A stretch of 64,000 nucleotides of DNA from Amphiscolops sp. MND2022. Taxonomy: Eukaryota. How positions within the stretch are numbered: position 1 is the stretch's first letter; each line of letters begins with the position of its first letter. Made by a program: the position numbers and the translations under genes. The stretch covers positions 8,308,001 through 8,372,000 of the forward strand of contig OZ076413.1 of NCBI GenBank assembly GCA_964187785.1. The letters run 5' to 3'. Shown piece by piece: positions 11,171 through 22,265 of this stretch. Below the pieces are notes generated by a model. The model saw only the letters and a program-made list of their open reading frames with translations. It was not told the DNA's origin and made no database searches.

Positions 11171-12883
11171 TCAGTTGGAGGAAAGAAAAACATTTTGTCA
11201 TTGCTTGTTGAAGAAAAACAGTTTCAGTTGTTTACATGATTTGTACTTGAAAAACTTTACTTACAACTTAGGTTTCACTTTTCTCTTGTGGGCATTTTTA
11301 CATGTCTTTTTGTGTTACTACTTTGCATCCTGTATATGTTCATTGTATGTTGTGGTTTTATTGCTGATGCTGGGCGATTTGTTGGATTTGCTTTTTTACT
11401 ATGCTGTTCTTTGCATGTTTTTGCATGGTTGTTTTGATCTTTTGACAATTGTTACATGTTTTTAGTTACTTAGATCGGTCCATCTTGTATGTATCTTCCT
11501 TTTTGCGGGCACGGATAGTATTTTCAGTGTGTCCAGAAACAGAAAATACAGTCATTGACTTAGAACTTTCTTTTGTCCTAGAGTAGAGCTCTGCAGGTAG
11601 TGTGGTTTTCAAACATATCGGCTATCATTTTTCTTCGGTGTAGTTGGTGACTGCTCGAGAATGGTAACGAGACGCTTGTACCATGGCTCTTTTGGCCTAA
11701 GCACTGCATTGCAAAGTGGGTGACTGGGCAGCTTGCTCATTCCAATGCTTGAACGTCCAAGGAGTGCACCCTTGGTTTAAGACTTAACTTATTCAGCGTG
11801 TGATTTTGTTTTCATGTGTTTTTCTCTAAGGCCTAAGTTGCATGTTTTTACTGTTCTTATTACATTACATGAAATTTTTCGTTTGTAATGACGTCATCAT
11901 CGTTGGTGTGTGTCTTGTGACGTCACCACTCGTGATGTGTGTTGTTTTTGTTGAGACTTTTGGAAATGTTACGTTATGGTAATGACTATGGCTGGCGGGC
12001 TGTAGTTGACTATTGTTTTTAGTCGTGTTCGCGCTGAAAATTATTTTCGAGGGTAAGGCCACGGACTCCCTAAATTTTTGTCAAGGCGAGGCAAAGCCTA
12101 CGCATTTTTGGTTGGTTCAAGGGGTCGGGCGTTCATGGTTTTATTGTTGTTGGCCGTCCGTTTTTTTTGTTTGTTTTTCTTTAGCAATGTTCGGTTTATT
12201 GTAAGGTGAATTGCCGTCGCAACCACCCATTCAAAACTAACACTGAATCCAGTTGCTAAAGAGCAACCTTCATCTGTATGTTGACGACCAACCACACAAG
12301 CACGTTTTTTGACGACGCACCCACACAGCCAGCTCTATGATTTCAAGGTTAAACGAGTGGGGCTTAGTTGCGTTGTCTTAACGTTGGCGGGACAGCAGAT
12401 CGTTCCTGTTAGTTTGTTGTGCGTTTTGGGAACGTTATTTGCGTTCACGTTTCAGTAGTTGGATTGGAATAGTTCCAGATTCAAGATATTTTACTAGTAC
12501 TGTGGCTATGGTAATTTTGGCGTGAATTGCATAAATTATCTCGCGTTAATTCGTGTGGTACATGTATTTCCGCATCGCACTTTTTATGACGACTAGTGTT
12601 CGCCGTCGTTGCGTTTCCGTCCGTTCATTCTTGATGGCAGTTAGCGTTCAATTATAGCTTAGCTCGCATCGTGTTGACTGGAAGTAATGGTTGTTTGATT
12701 AGTTGTTTTCTAAATTGAGAGTGTTTGGTGAGTACTGTAATTGTAAAACAATTACCTTCAAGTTTTATAAGTGTGACTATCATGACTGCTATTAGCAGTC
12801 GTTGGTGGTGTTTTTCAAGATTACTAAACTACGGAAAGGGAAGTTGTATTTCTAGTGTGATTTAGGAGACTTATGAACGACTT

Positions 12884-15800
12884 TCAGTGTAAGTTGTTGT
12901 TTTGTAGAAATTTCTGTAAGACAGGTTTTACTTGAAGTTCATGCACTAAGAAATCTCGGTACGTTTTCGGTGCAGGTTGTGGCCTTAGATTGTACCGGGT
13001 GGTGTTGTTGCGTGACGTAACCGGCGCTTCGTCGTTATTGTTTGGCAGCTCGTGTTCGTGTGTTGCAGATTGATCAGGTTCATCCTGATATTCGTCGTCT
13101 ACTCGCGCGCTAACGACTGAGTCGTCAGTTGGTGGCACGAAAATTTGGGGAGGATTTTCAGTTATTGGCTGTGTTTGTGATCGGTCTGACGACCTTTGAG
13201 CATAGTCGTAGTAGATAATACCGTGTTCGGTATCAATTTCTTCAGGTAGTGGCAATGCGGGTGTTTGTTCAAAATGTATGGTCTGAGGTAAGTGGTCGTT
13301 GAACATGTCTTGGTCATCGAAAGCTTCAGGGTCGGCAAAGAAGAGATTTGGATCTTCTTCGATGTCGGGTATAGGTGCGTTCGGGATGAAAGGTCGTAAA
13401 CGCATTCTGTGAACGCACTGTGTGCGGGAAGTGCCTATTTTTCTCACTATGTAGTTGAAATTAGTTAAAGTTTTTACTACTTTGAAAGGGCCTTCCCATT
13501 TAAAGTGGTGGAATGCGATTTTGTCCGACTGGTCGGTGATTTTCGGATTGAGAAGGAAGACGAAGTCATTAACTTTCAACGGTGATGCTTGAGCCTTACG
13601 GTCGTAGTACCTTTTTTACTTGTGGTAAGCTTGGAGTATGTTATCGTTTACTTGTTTGTACTTTTCGTTTAGTTGGTCAATCAACTTCGTCAAATCAGTG
13701 TCTTGTGTGCGGCATTGTAGGGGGTTGCTGAACTTAAGGTCTAAGGCGTTGAACGGGACTCTACCATGAAACACTTCGCTCGGGGTACACTTAAGTGATT
13801 GGTGGTAGGTCGTGTTATGAGCCATAACTGCTAAGTTAACGTACTTGTCCCATTGGGGAGAGTCAGCTGCAACATTGATTTTCAGTATCTGTTTTAGCTT
13901 TTGGTGGGTACGTTCAACCATTCCTATGGTTTGAGCATGTTTTACAGTTGCGTGTTCGATTTGGATTCCGGCAGTTTTCATTAGTTCGGTCATGATGTTG
14001 GCTGTGAATGGTGTTCCTTTGTCAGTGATGATGGTCTTGGGTACGTAGGCGTGACGAGTGAAGATTTGTAACAGTGCGTTGACTACTGATTTCGTGTCTG
14101 GTTTGCGGATCGGGATAGCGAACAGATAGCGCGAGAAATAATCGCACGCCGTCAGAATGTGCGTATATCCGTTTGAGCAGGGTAGTTCACCTACCAGGTC
14201 GATTTCAAGTATATCTTCTGGACCGTTGCAAGGGTCATAGATTTTTTCGAGAGGTGGGGTTAGACGTTTTGGGTTGACAGGTTTAGCTTTTAGGCAGTCT
14301 GTACAGTTGCTAACAAAGTTTGAGACGTGTTCACTGAGGTTAGGTATATAATAACGCTTGCGGAGTTCTACCAACATTTTGGTTGTCCCAGGATGTCCCT
14401 GCATGGGATCGCCATGCATCGTCCTGATTATGGGCAACGTAGTTTCTGGAGGTACTACGATTTGTTTAAATAGAACTCTACCAGTGTTATCGAAAAACTT
14501 CCTGTACAGTACGTTGTTGACTACTTCAAGGCGTCTCTTGTTTTTTACAAGTTTTTGAAAGAAAGAGCTAGCAAAGTTTACGTGGTTAGGGAGGGGTTCG
14601 TCGTTAACTAGGACTCGGACCATTTTTTGGATGTCCTGGTTACTTAGTTGGTCCTGGTTTATTTGAGAATTCCCTTGCGGTCATACCTGGTTTACCGTGT
14701 TGGGGTGTTGTTTTCTGGTAAACTTCGTCAGTATGATTGAGGGGGTTTCGCCTGCTAGCACTAGCTCGAGGTGACGACTGATGATCTGGATCATCTTGGT
14801 TCGGTCAACGTCATGTTGATCCTGGGTGTTCGCGAGCAGGTGCAGTAGGGACTGCATTTGGTTGAGTGCGTCATTGGTGTCGTTTGTTTCAGGGTGATTC
14901 TGCTCCTGGGACTCATTTGGCTTGGCGTCTTGTGGTTGATCAGGGTCGTAGTCTTCTTCATCATCATCTTGTTTCGGGGTTTTTGCAGCTAAGTCGATTT
15001 CGATGTAGTGGACAGGGATCTGGTCGTTGAGTTTCAAGTGTATTCTGTCCTCAGGGTTGATGTCGAGCCTAGACAGGTAGTCGGCGGCTGGATTTTCTAC
15101 TCCTGGCACATGGGCTAATACGAAATCGAATTGCAGAGCTTGGTCGCAATGGTTCCACAATTTCGGTGGAATTCGCTTTGATTGGAAAAAGCGGGTTAGC
15201 GCTTTGTTGTCCGTCATCACGATTGTGGGTTTCTTGACTCCACATAGTATGTGGGCGAATTCATCGAAGGCGAAGTGCATGGCTAAGAATTCCTTCCCGT
15301 ACATAGTCAATGACAATTGGCCTTCGGTGAATCGTTGGGATCCAAAGGCGACGGGTGCATACGTCTTCTTCTTCTCGTCGTTGTTCTCGGTGTAATCTTC
15401 AATGAGTAGCACGTATCCTGCTGCGTGTTCGCTGGCATCACACATGATGACGAGTTGTTTGTCGGGCAGTGGCAATCGGAGTGACAGTTTTGCTGCTCGT
15501 GCTAAGTTTTCATTTATGTCGAAGATCGCATCCTTGTGTACCTGTGTCATTTCGAATTTCACATCTTTTTGTAGAAGTTTGTACAGTGGGACTAGCTTTT
15601 CGGCCAATTTCGGGATGTATTGCCTATAAAATTGGACGAAACCGATGTAACGTTGCAGTGATTTTACTGATGTTGGAAGTTTGAGTTTTTTGAGGAAGTC
15701 ATCAATTCGTTTTTCGAGAGGTGCAACGCCTTCAGTTGTTATGCTACGTCCCAGAAATTCGATCTTCGGGTGTCCGAAAGCGCACTTTGACATCAAGAGT

Positions 15801-17836
15801 TTCAGTCCTGCTTTCTGGATCTGCTGGAACACTGCTTCGATGTTGACAACCAGTTCGTCCACGTTGTGTGCAGCTCCCCCAATGTCGTCGACGTATTGTG
15901 CACATTTATCTGCTTTCACTAGTGCATCAAGATACTCGCGGATTGTGCTGTTGAATGCTGAAAGTGATCTATTCAATCCTTGAGCAAGACGGAGGTATGC
16001 GAAGGTTCTGCTGCCAAAATTAAATGCGAGGAGCTGGATTGACTGTTCATCGGCCATCTGAAGGCAGTGGTAAGCTTGTGAACAGTCGAGCTTACAGAAG
16101 TACTTCTTGCCAGCCATGTGTTGAGCGGCGTCTGCTATCGTAGTGACCGGGTGATTGTGCTGGTTGTAGTCGTTCTTGAGGAGGTGGTTGATGCGTCTCA
16201 AGTCGACTAGGATTCGCAATTTTCCATTGGGCTTCCGTTGGGCAAATATCGGGGACGAGTATTTGCTGTATGGAAGTGTGGTGATGATGCCGTATTCTTG
16301 CATCAGAGCCAATTCGACGAGGAGGTCGTCCTTCAGGTTAGTCGGGGTCGGTAGGCTCTGTGCGTACACCGGGTCATCATGCTTGGGTGTCAATTTCATT
16401 TTGAAATCGGTGTTTATGCCTATGTTGAGGCGGTGACGAGCAAAAATCGTGTGGTATTTGACCAATAAGGCTTCGATCCGCTGTTGTTCTTGTTCGGTGA
16501 GGGTTTAGTCGTCCCAGCTGAAGTTCTTCAGGAACGTCCTTCGTTGGTCGTCGTCGCGTGTAGGGTCAAGTTTCTCAGCTTCACGGAGTTGGATAGTCTC
16601 ATCGTAAATACGGCGTTCGATTTTGTTGAGTTTTTCAGGATCGTCGCATGTTTCGGGTGTTGGGTACCATCTTTTGTCTTTACTTGAGTCTGGTTCTTGA
16701 AACAGCTGATTTATGACATTGGTGGCTTCATCTGGGAATTTTGTGATGAGTGTTAGTTGTTCACTTGTCATTGGTTGAACATTTTTTGCTTGGTTTGGAG
16801 TTAAGATGCGGAAGACTGCCACTGTTGTGTTTTGGGGAATCGTTATTGAATGGTCCAAATAGTTGGTGATTTGGACGTGTGTCTGCTGGTCGTTGATCTC
16901 GGACATCGATGGGGACACTAGAAGTTCCGTCTTGCGTTCGAAAGCTGGGAATGCCTCTACCGTGCCTGTCACTTGGCCGATGTCTTTTTCTGATGTCACC
17001 GGAATGAAGACTTGTTGTCGTGGTTGTATTGTCGTCTTCTGTGATGCTCTGAGTTCCAACATCTGCAATTTGAATTTCCCATTTTGTGGTCTCAACTGGA
17101 GTGTAATTTCTGGAAATCTAACGATGTTGTTTGCAAGGTCCAGGGTTACGGAATATTTCTTGAAAAATGACATTCCAATCAATATGTTTCCCATTGTCGG
17201 TAAGATCATGAAAGTCTCTTCAAAGACTTTTCCTCCGATAAAGAACCGAAGGAGGACTTGCTTCCGGACTGGAACTATACTTCCGTTAGCAATTTGCATT
17301 TTGAAGTCCGGAGCAGGGTACTCTTCAAGTTGGGCCGCTGGGTGGGCTTGTAATATTCGGCGTAGTTCGTTTTCGGACATTGCGCTTTGGATAGCCCCTG
17401 TGTCTAGCAGTCCTTGGTTTTCATATGCTCTGAATTGGAGGGGGACGTAGAGCATTTTGTTTCTTTTGTCTAGCTGGAGTGTTGCAGTGAGAGGCTTGAT
17501 GTTTGTCGTCTTCGGGTTATTTGACGACTTCACTTGTGGTGGGTGTTTCGAGTCTCGTTTTGCTGGTCGGGTAGTCTTTTCGCTAGTTCGTGAGTCCCTT
17601 GGTTCACAGTCCTTTGTTGTACATGAAGGGTCGTCTCCAACTAACGGGAGAATGTGGTAGTTGTTGTGTGACACTTTGTGTACATAGTATTTCTTGGGTA
17701 GTTTAGTCTGGGGGACAGAATGCTGCCGACATTCTGGCGTGTGAGTCTTCGAGTCGTAGTAGTGGTTGATTTGTGGTTGTTTGCGCGCACTGTTGGTCTG
17801 GGTGTGTTGGGGATGACGTGGCTTTACAAGTTTTTT
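12884..17836 (-). pseudogene. pol: pol of element B (protease, dUTPase-like fold, RT, RNase H, integrase) in one frame with three nonsense codons
   Basis: PR LLDTGAIQS; RT QYVDDIG; RNase H CDASEHAAG..EFLAM..TDNKAL..ADYLSR; IN HGDPMQGH..CTDC with IDLVG/TDKG/GMVERTH. ORFs 16505-17674, 14681-16465, 13616-14623 and 12884-13579 share a frame, separated by stops at 16505, 14681 and 13616. Confidence 0.95.
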
Positions 17837-19377
17837 GAATTCTGGGTGAATTCTTCATTGTAATCCTCGTCGTAGTAATCGTTCTGGCCTTCTGTCTGTG
17901 TTGTTTCACTTGTTGCTTGGGCTACGTAGTAGGGTTGCTGTCGTGTGTTCTGCGATTGGCGGAGGTCTCGTCTGAATTCGCGGTTCTCCGTTGTTGACTG
18001 CTTCTGGTAAGGTACATTCTGGTAGGCTGATGCACCTGGCACGCGGTCTCGGCAATCTCGTGCAGAGTGTCCGACCTTGCCGCAGATTTGACACACCAAT
18101 TTTGGGTTATATCGGGTTTTGTCAGTCTGGGATTGTTGGTTGTTGCTATCTTGTTGAGGGCGTTGATAGGTTTTGGTGTGGATTCCGTTTGATTCATCCC
18201 GGAGGCGTTTTCGACAGTCAATCCACTTGTGACCAACTATGTTGCAAAATCTGCAATTGCCTTCGAATTTTCGTTTGACTTCTTTATTTGCATTTGGTTT
18301 CGCCGCGTTGTTGCTGGTGGAAGTCGTCTGTTGGTTTGTTTGTTGTTTGGCAGGGTAATTCTGAATGTTGTTCAGAGGCTGCATTCCCGCGTTGTTCGGT
18401 AGCAGTTGTGCGTACTGGCAACGTCTCTGAACGAAGGTCTTGATTTCTTCGCTGGTAGCGTCGTGCTTTCCTGCCATCGCTAATTCATTTTGTATCTGGA
18501 TTGGCAATTTGGCAAATAAGAAGGTTTCTGCTATGTCGTTTGCTTTTTCACCGTACGCCTGTTTTGCCAGCTTTTTAAACTTCGTCAGGAAGTCGGCAAA
18601 TGACTCCGTTGTCGGGTCGTACCTCATTTGATCGAACTTGTACTTCGATACTTCTTTGAGGTCTTCTTTGGCGTATTCCTTGCTGAATGCCTGGAGTATG
18701 TCGGTGAGTGTTGTTTCGGTTGTTATTTTCAAAGTTTGCCAAAATTCAATGGCGTCGTCCCTGAGTAAGCTTTGGAAGTAATTTAGCTTCTGTTCTTCCG
18801 TCAATTTGTGCATGTGGGGCCGGAGATGGTTTTTGAGTAAGTGTTCAAACTCGTTATATTTCTCTCGGTTCCCACGGAATAGGGGGACTTGTGTTTGGAG
18901 TATTTTTGGCTGGATCACTCCATCAACCATTGTTGTTCTGAGGTGCTGTATTTCGGACATTACGTCTCCCATCTGTGGGTCGAGCAGTGAAGGTGGAGTT
19001 CTTCTTGGCGGTTGGGTATTGGGTGTGGGCGGTGGGTTCGCCAAGACTCCTGTCACCATGTCAGAACGTACGGACGTCTCAGAATTGTGTACGTCTCTGT
19101 AGTTCTCTTCCCTACTGTTTGACATTTTATCAGTAAGGGCTCTCACAATACTTGTTAGTTCGCTAATTTGTCGGTTCATTTCCATAAACCGTTGCTCGAT
19201 TCTATGTTTTTCATGGTCGCGTTCAATCTCTCTCATACCATTCAAGTCCTCATTCCCGTCAATATTTTCAGCAAAGTGATCGGCAACACTCATGTTGTCC
19301 TCATCTCCAGAGTACTCATTCGTTTCTTCTCGGCTGAATCTGTTTTCTCTATTGAATCCTGATCGAGTGTTAACCAT
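17824..19377 (-). CDS. gag: Gag of element B (517 aa, two CCHC zinc knuckles)
   Basis: Intact ORF with CRFCNIVGHKWIDC and CQICGKVGHSARDC. The first 106 codons lie inside the 5' LTR. Confidence 0.95.
   Translation of the reverse strand: MVNTRSGFNRENRFSREETNEYSGDEDNMSVADHFAENIDGNEDLNGMREIERDHEKHRIEQRFMEMNRQISELTSIVRALTDKMSNSREENYRDVHNSETSVRSDMVTGVLANPPPTPNTQPPRRTPPSLLDPQMGDVMSEIQHLRTTMVDGVIQPKILQTQVPLFRGNREKYNEFEHLLKNHLRPHMHKLTEEQKLNYFQSLLRDDAIEFWQTLKITTETTLTDILQAFSKEYAKEDLKEVSKYKFDQMRYDPTTESFADFLTKFKKLAKQAYGEKANDIAETFLFAKLPIQIQNELAMAGKHDATSEEIKTFVQRRCQYAQLLPNNAGMQPLNNIQNYPAKQQTNQQTTSTSNNAAKPNANKEVKRKFEGNCRFCNIVGHKWIDCRKRLRDESNGIHTKTYQRPQQDSNNQQSQTDKTRYNPKLVCQICGKVGHSARDCRDRVPGASAYQNVPYQKQSTTENREFRRDLRQSQNTRQQPYYVAQATSETTQTEGQNDYYDEDYNEEFTQNSKNL
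17830..17836 (-). promoter_or_regulatory. Putative -1 ribosomal frameshift heptamer A-AAA-AAC (element B)
   Basis: TCA AAA AAC TTG TAA at the gag end. The -1 frame is open (KKLVKPRHPQ...KVSHNNYHILP) and continuous with the protease ORF. Confidence 0.85.
19047..19058 (-). promoter_or_regulatory. Primer-binding site of element B
   Basis: TGGTGACAGGAG directly after the LTR CA, identical to the PBS of C. Complement CTCCTGTCACCA looks like a tRNA 3' end, possibly Leu (inferred). Confidence 0.9.
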
Positions 19378-20204
19378 TGTTTAAAAGATACAAGTTGGTA
19401 AGATGTTTAAATTTGAATTGGTAAGTTTAATAAAATGAGCTAAGAGTTGTTAAAGTACGACTGTATTCCAAGGTGGTTAGTTCTACTGACTGGTTTGTCC
19501 TAATTGTGGTAGCACCTTCAATCTCATAATTACTCGCTAATTGCACCTGAGTATTTGAGTCTCTTCTTGTTTGATTGTTTTAGTAGACCTGCTGTTAGCA
19601 CCTTTGTACGACTGGTCACTTCAGTCGTCACTAGTTACTATTTCGGTATTTCAACTCTAATGTCACATTAGTATGCGTCGTTAATTTCACTACTTCACAG
19701 CACGTGTTAATGATTGAGGTTTTGAGTATAATTACTGCATTTGATTACTGGTAATACTTCTGCAATTAGCACTGAGTGTGGAATATGACTATAGCTTGGA
19801 GTCGTTTCTAGTGATTCTACAAGGTTTCACTGAATGAATATTTTATGAATGATGCTAAATGAACTAAACGATGCTTTAGGGATGAATTGTTAAATGTTTA
19901 AATATGGCAAACTGCATGTATTTTTAAGTAAGAAAGGTACGACCAGATATGCCAGTCGTTTGTATAATTGCCCAAAAGGTTGCGTTAAGAAATATGTAAA
20001 GCGGAAAATGCTTTTGTGCATTTTACAGAACTCAAATTGCACTGGTAGTTTGTGGCATGAATGAAATTGGGATGACGACTTTGTAGTACGGTCGTCCATT
20101 GTATGTATTTACATGTATTCTAAACTGTTTATGATTTAGTGTTTTAGCTGATTGGGGAGGACTTCATCTCTCAGTCGTTGTATCTCATACCAACTGGTAT
20201 GACA
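19059..20204 (-). repeat. 5' LTR of element B (1146 bp)
   Basis: TG...CA, followed on the plus strand by TSD ATCCC; copy of 4688-5833. Confidence 0.97.
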
Positions 20205-20722
20205 ATCCCAAATCGGTTTTTCATTTTCCACCCAAACCAAATACCCAAACCGGAACATTAGACCCAAACCAAAACTTAAGACCCCAACCAAATCGATTTT
20301 TTATTTCATCCAGGTACTTGGTGTCCCTGTTATCCTCTAACCAGTTTTCGGCTTTTGATAAAACAAACTCATTCAGAAATTTTTGCCTCCTTTCTAAGCT
20401 TTTTAAAATCTTTTCATATAGCAGAGTAATAAATCAATCCAAAGGATTCTCCTTTTCACTGTTGTCGGTTAATTGAAATTATTAGAACTTTCGTAGTTTC
20501 AGCAAAGATTTCTTATCACCATCGTATAGGCTTCAAATGATTTTAAGTACACAATTTTCCCTCACAACATCTTTGCTTGATAGACCAGGACTAACGATCA
20601 GACTTTAGAAGTTTTCTTTTTCTGTCGCTTTTGACAATAAAACACGAGCATCTTAGACAGAATTGAAGCGTTGACCGAGTATGTCACAATAATTTATGTA
20701 GACCGAACAATTGAACCATTGG

Positions 20723-22265
20723 TGTCCTAACCAAATTCATCATCACTTTGTTGAGAATCCAATGAATTTTCTCTACAGTGATTTGTTTGGTTACTTTTGT
20801 TCGATATTAATCTTGGAAACTCCTTCTGAACATTCTGAGCTGATTTATTAACATTTTCTGGATGCAGTCTATTTGACCGAAGGTCCTTCTGAGAATTTTC
20901 TGGGGCTGCATTGTCTTGATGCAGTCCATCTGACCGAAGGTCCACACTTGTATTTTTTGCTGAATTCTGTCTCCTGACGGCATTTTCGATGCTGGGCAAC
21001 ACTCCAGTGTCAATTGCAGTGTTTATAACATCCAATATCTGAGAATTTAAGTTTGATTGTAATTCTTCGAACTTCCCTGACATCTGTGACGAAATTTCTG
21101 AGCTAATAGCCTTACTAGTTTCAACAGTCAGACAACTATTTTCACTCAGATTAGTATTCCAGTAGGACCTGTAGTTGTTTTCATTTTCATTTGAACTACC
21201 TTCTCGTCTATTTGACTCTGAGTCGATTTCATTTTCACTAGTTCTATCTTGTATTTCACTGTTATCCCTTTGATAACTTCCCAACATAACATCGAGATTT
21301 TCAATATCTGAAATGACGTCAGATTGACATGAGCGTTTCTCTTTAGCTTTTTGCTTTCTAGTTGAAGGCATATTCAAAAGAGGAAATTCAGTTCAACAAT
21401 AAATTGGTGAAAGTTTCGAATGAACAAGGTTGTGTATTTAGCGTATTTCGTTTATCAAAGAATGATACCTCTTAGATCAAGTTCTGAGTAATTATAGCTG
21501 TAACAGTATGACAAGTATAAATTCGCACGCCATGTTACTAAATTTGGATTGAGGTCAGTCTAAATTTAGCTCTAACCTAGTCACTAGGTCATCTGATTCT
21601 AAATAAAGACTGTGGGTGGTGACATTGCGTCACTTTAGGGGGGGAGGTTATAAATAGTATCAAACTAACAACATATCAATTTACATGAAACTAATTCTAC
21701 TTCAAAAGCAACAGTTCATGAGGCGGCAACGTCAATATTTATCAATACATCAAATCTGACCTAACGTCAGCATGACTGCAGTGGATATTCCACACTGCAT
21801 TCTGATTGGTTGAAATAAAGGTTTGACTACACGTCGATTTGACTGCAGTAGTTTATCAGCTAAGTGTTTTACGCTTTCATGCATGTTACGCTGTATTTTA
21901 AGGCACTTCCAAATTAGTTCTATAGAAAAACTATGAAACACTTATATCAAATACTTTCAGTACAACGTATGAATAATAAGAGGATTGCAGTATGTTGTAT
22001 AAAATGGTATCGAACCAGCACTTGTCATAGTTCAAATGTGGAGTTGCTGTCCCGGTGACCTATGGTCAACTTGTAGAAAATACATGATGTATAAAATAGT
22101 GAATATATAGGTTTCAAAGTTATCAGTTTACATCAGTTTATTATTGTAAACCTTCTTAGGTAGGCAGAAGAGTTTATATGGGCTAAACCCCCGGTCGTGG
22201 GTTAGTTCGGTCACTTTCGGGAGTTATTTGGTAGAGAATGCCGTCACAGGCGACAGCCTGCGACA
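20723..22265 (-). repeat. 3' LTR of element C (1543 bp)
   Basis: Direct repeat of 36010-37546 with more substitutions and indels than the B LTRs. Carries the Gag-N copy (ORF 20727-21377) and the C-terminus of ORF-X. Confidence 0.95.

Larger units (their letters stand above)
4688..20204 (-). mobile_element. Element B: complete 15.5-kb Ty3/Gypsy LTR retrotransposon
   Basis: Two 1146-bp TG...CA LTRs; 5-bp TSD ATCCC at 4683-4687 and 20205-20209; PBS, PPT, gag with two CCHC knuckles; pol in PR-RT-RH-IN order. Confidence 0.97.

Noticed and set aside
13616-16507. Stop-codon readthrough or a non-standard genetic code
   Set aside because: Element C has sense codons at two equivalent sites, and TAA, TAG and TGA all terminate other ORFs normally.
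16863-17450. Long opposite-strand ORFs over pol (also 29677-30096, 15681-15983 and similar)
   Set aside because: Shadow ORFs of real coding sequence with no motifs or splice support, unlike the antisense cargo gene, which overlaps no sense ORF.
4688-20204. DIRS/tyrosine-recombinase element, suggested by the terminal hairpin
   Set aside because: Direct LTRs, a 5-bp TSD and a DDE integrase identify it as Ty3/Gypsy.
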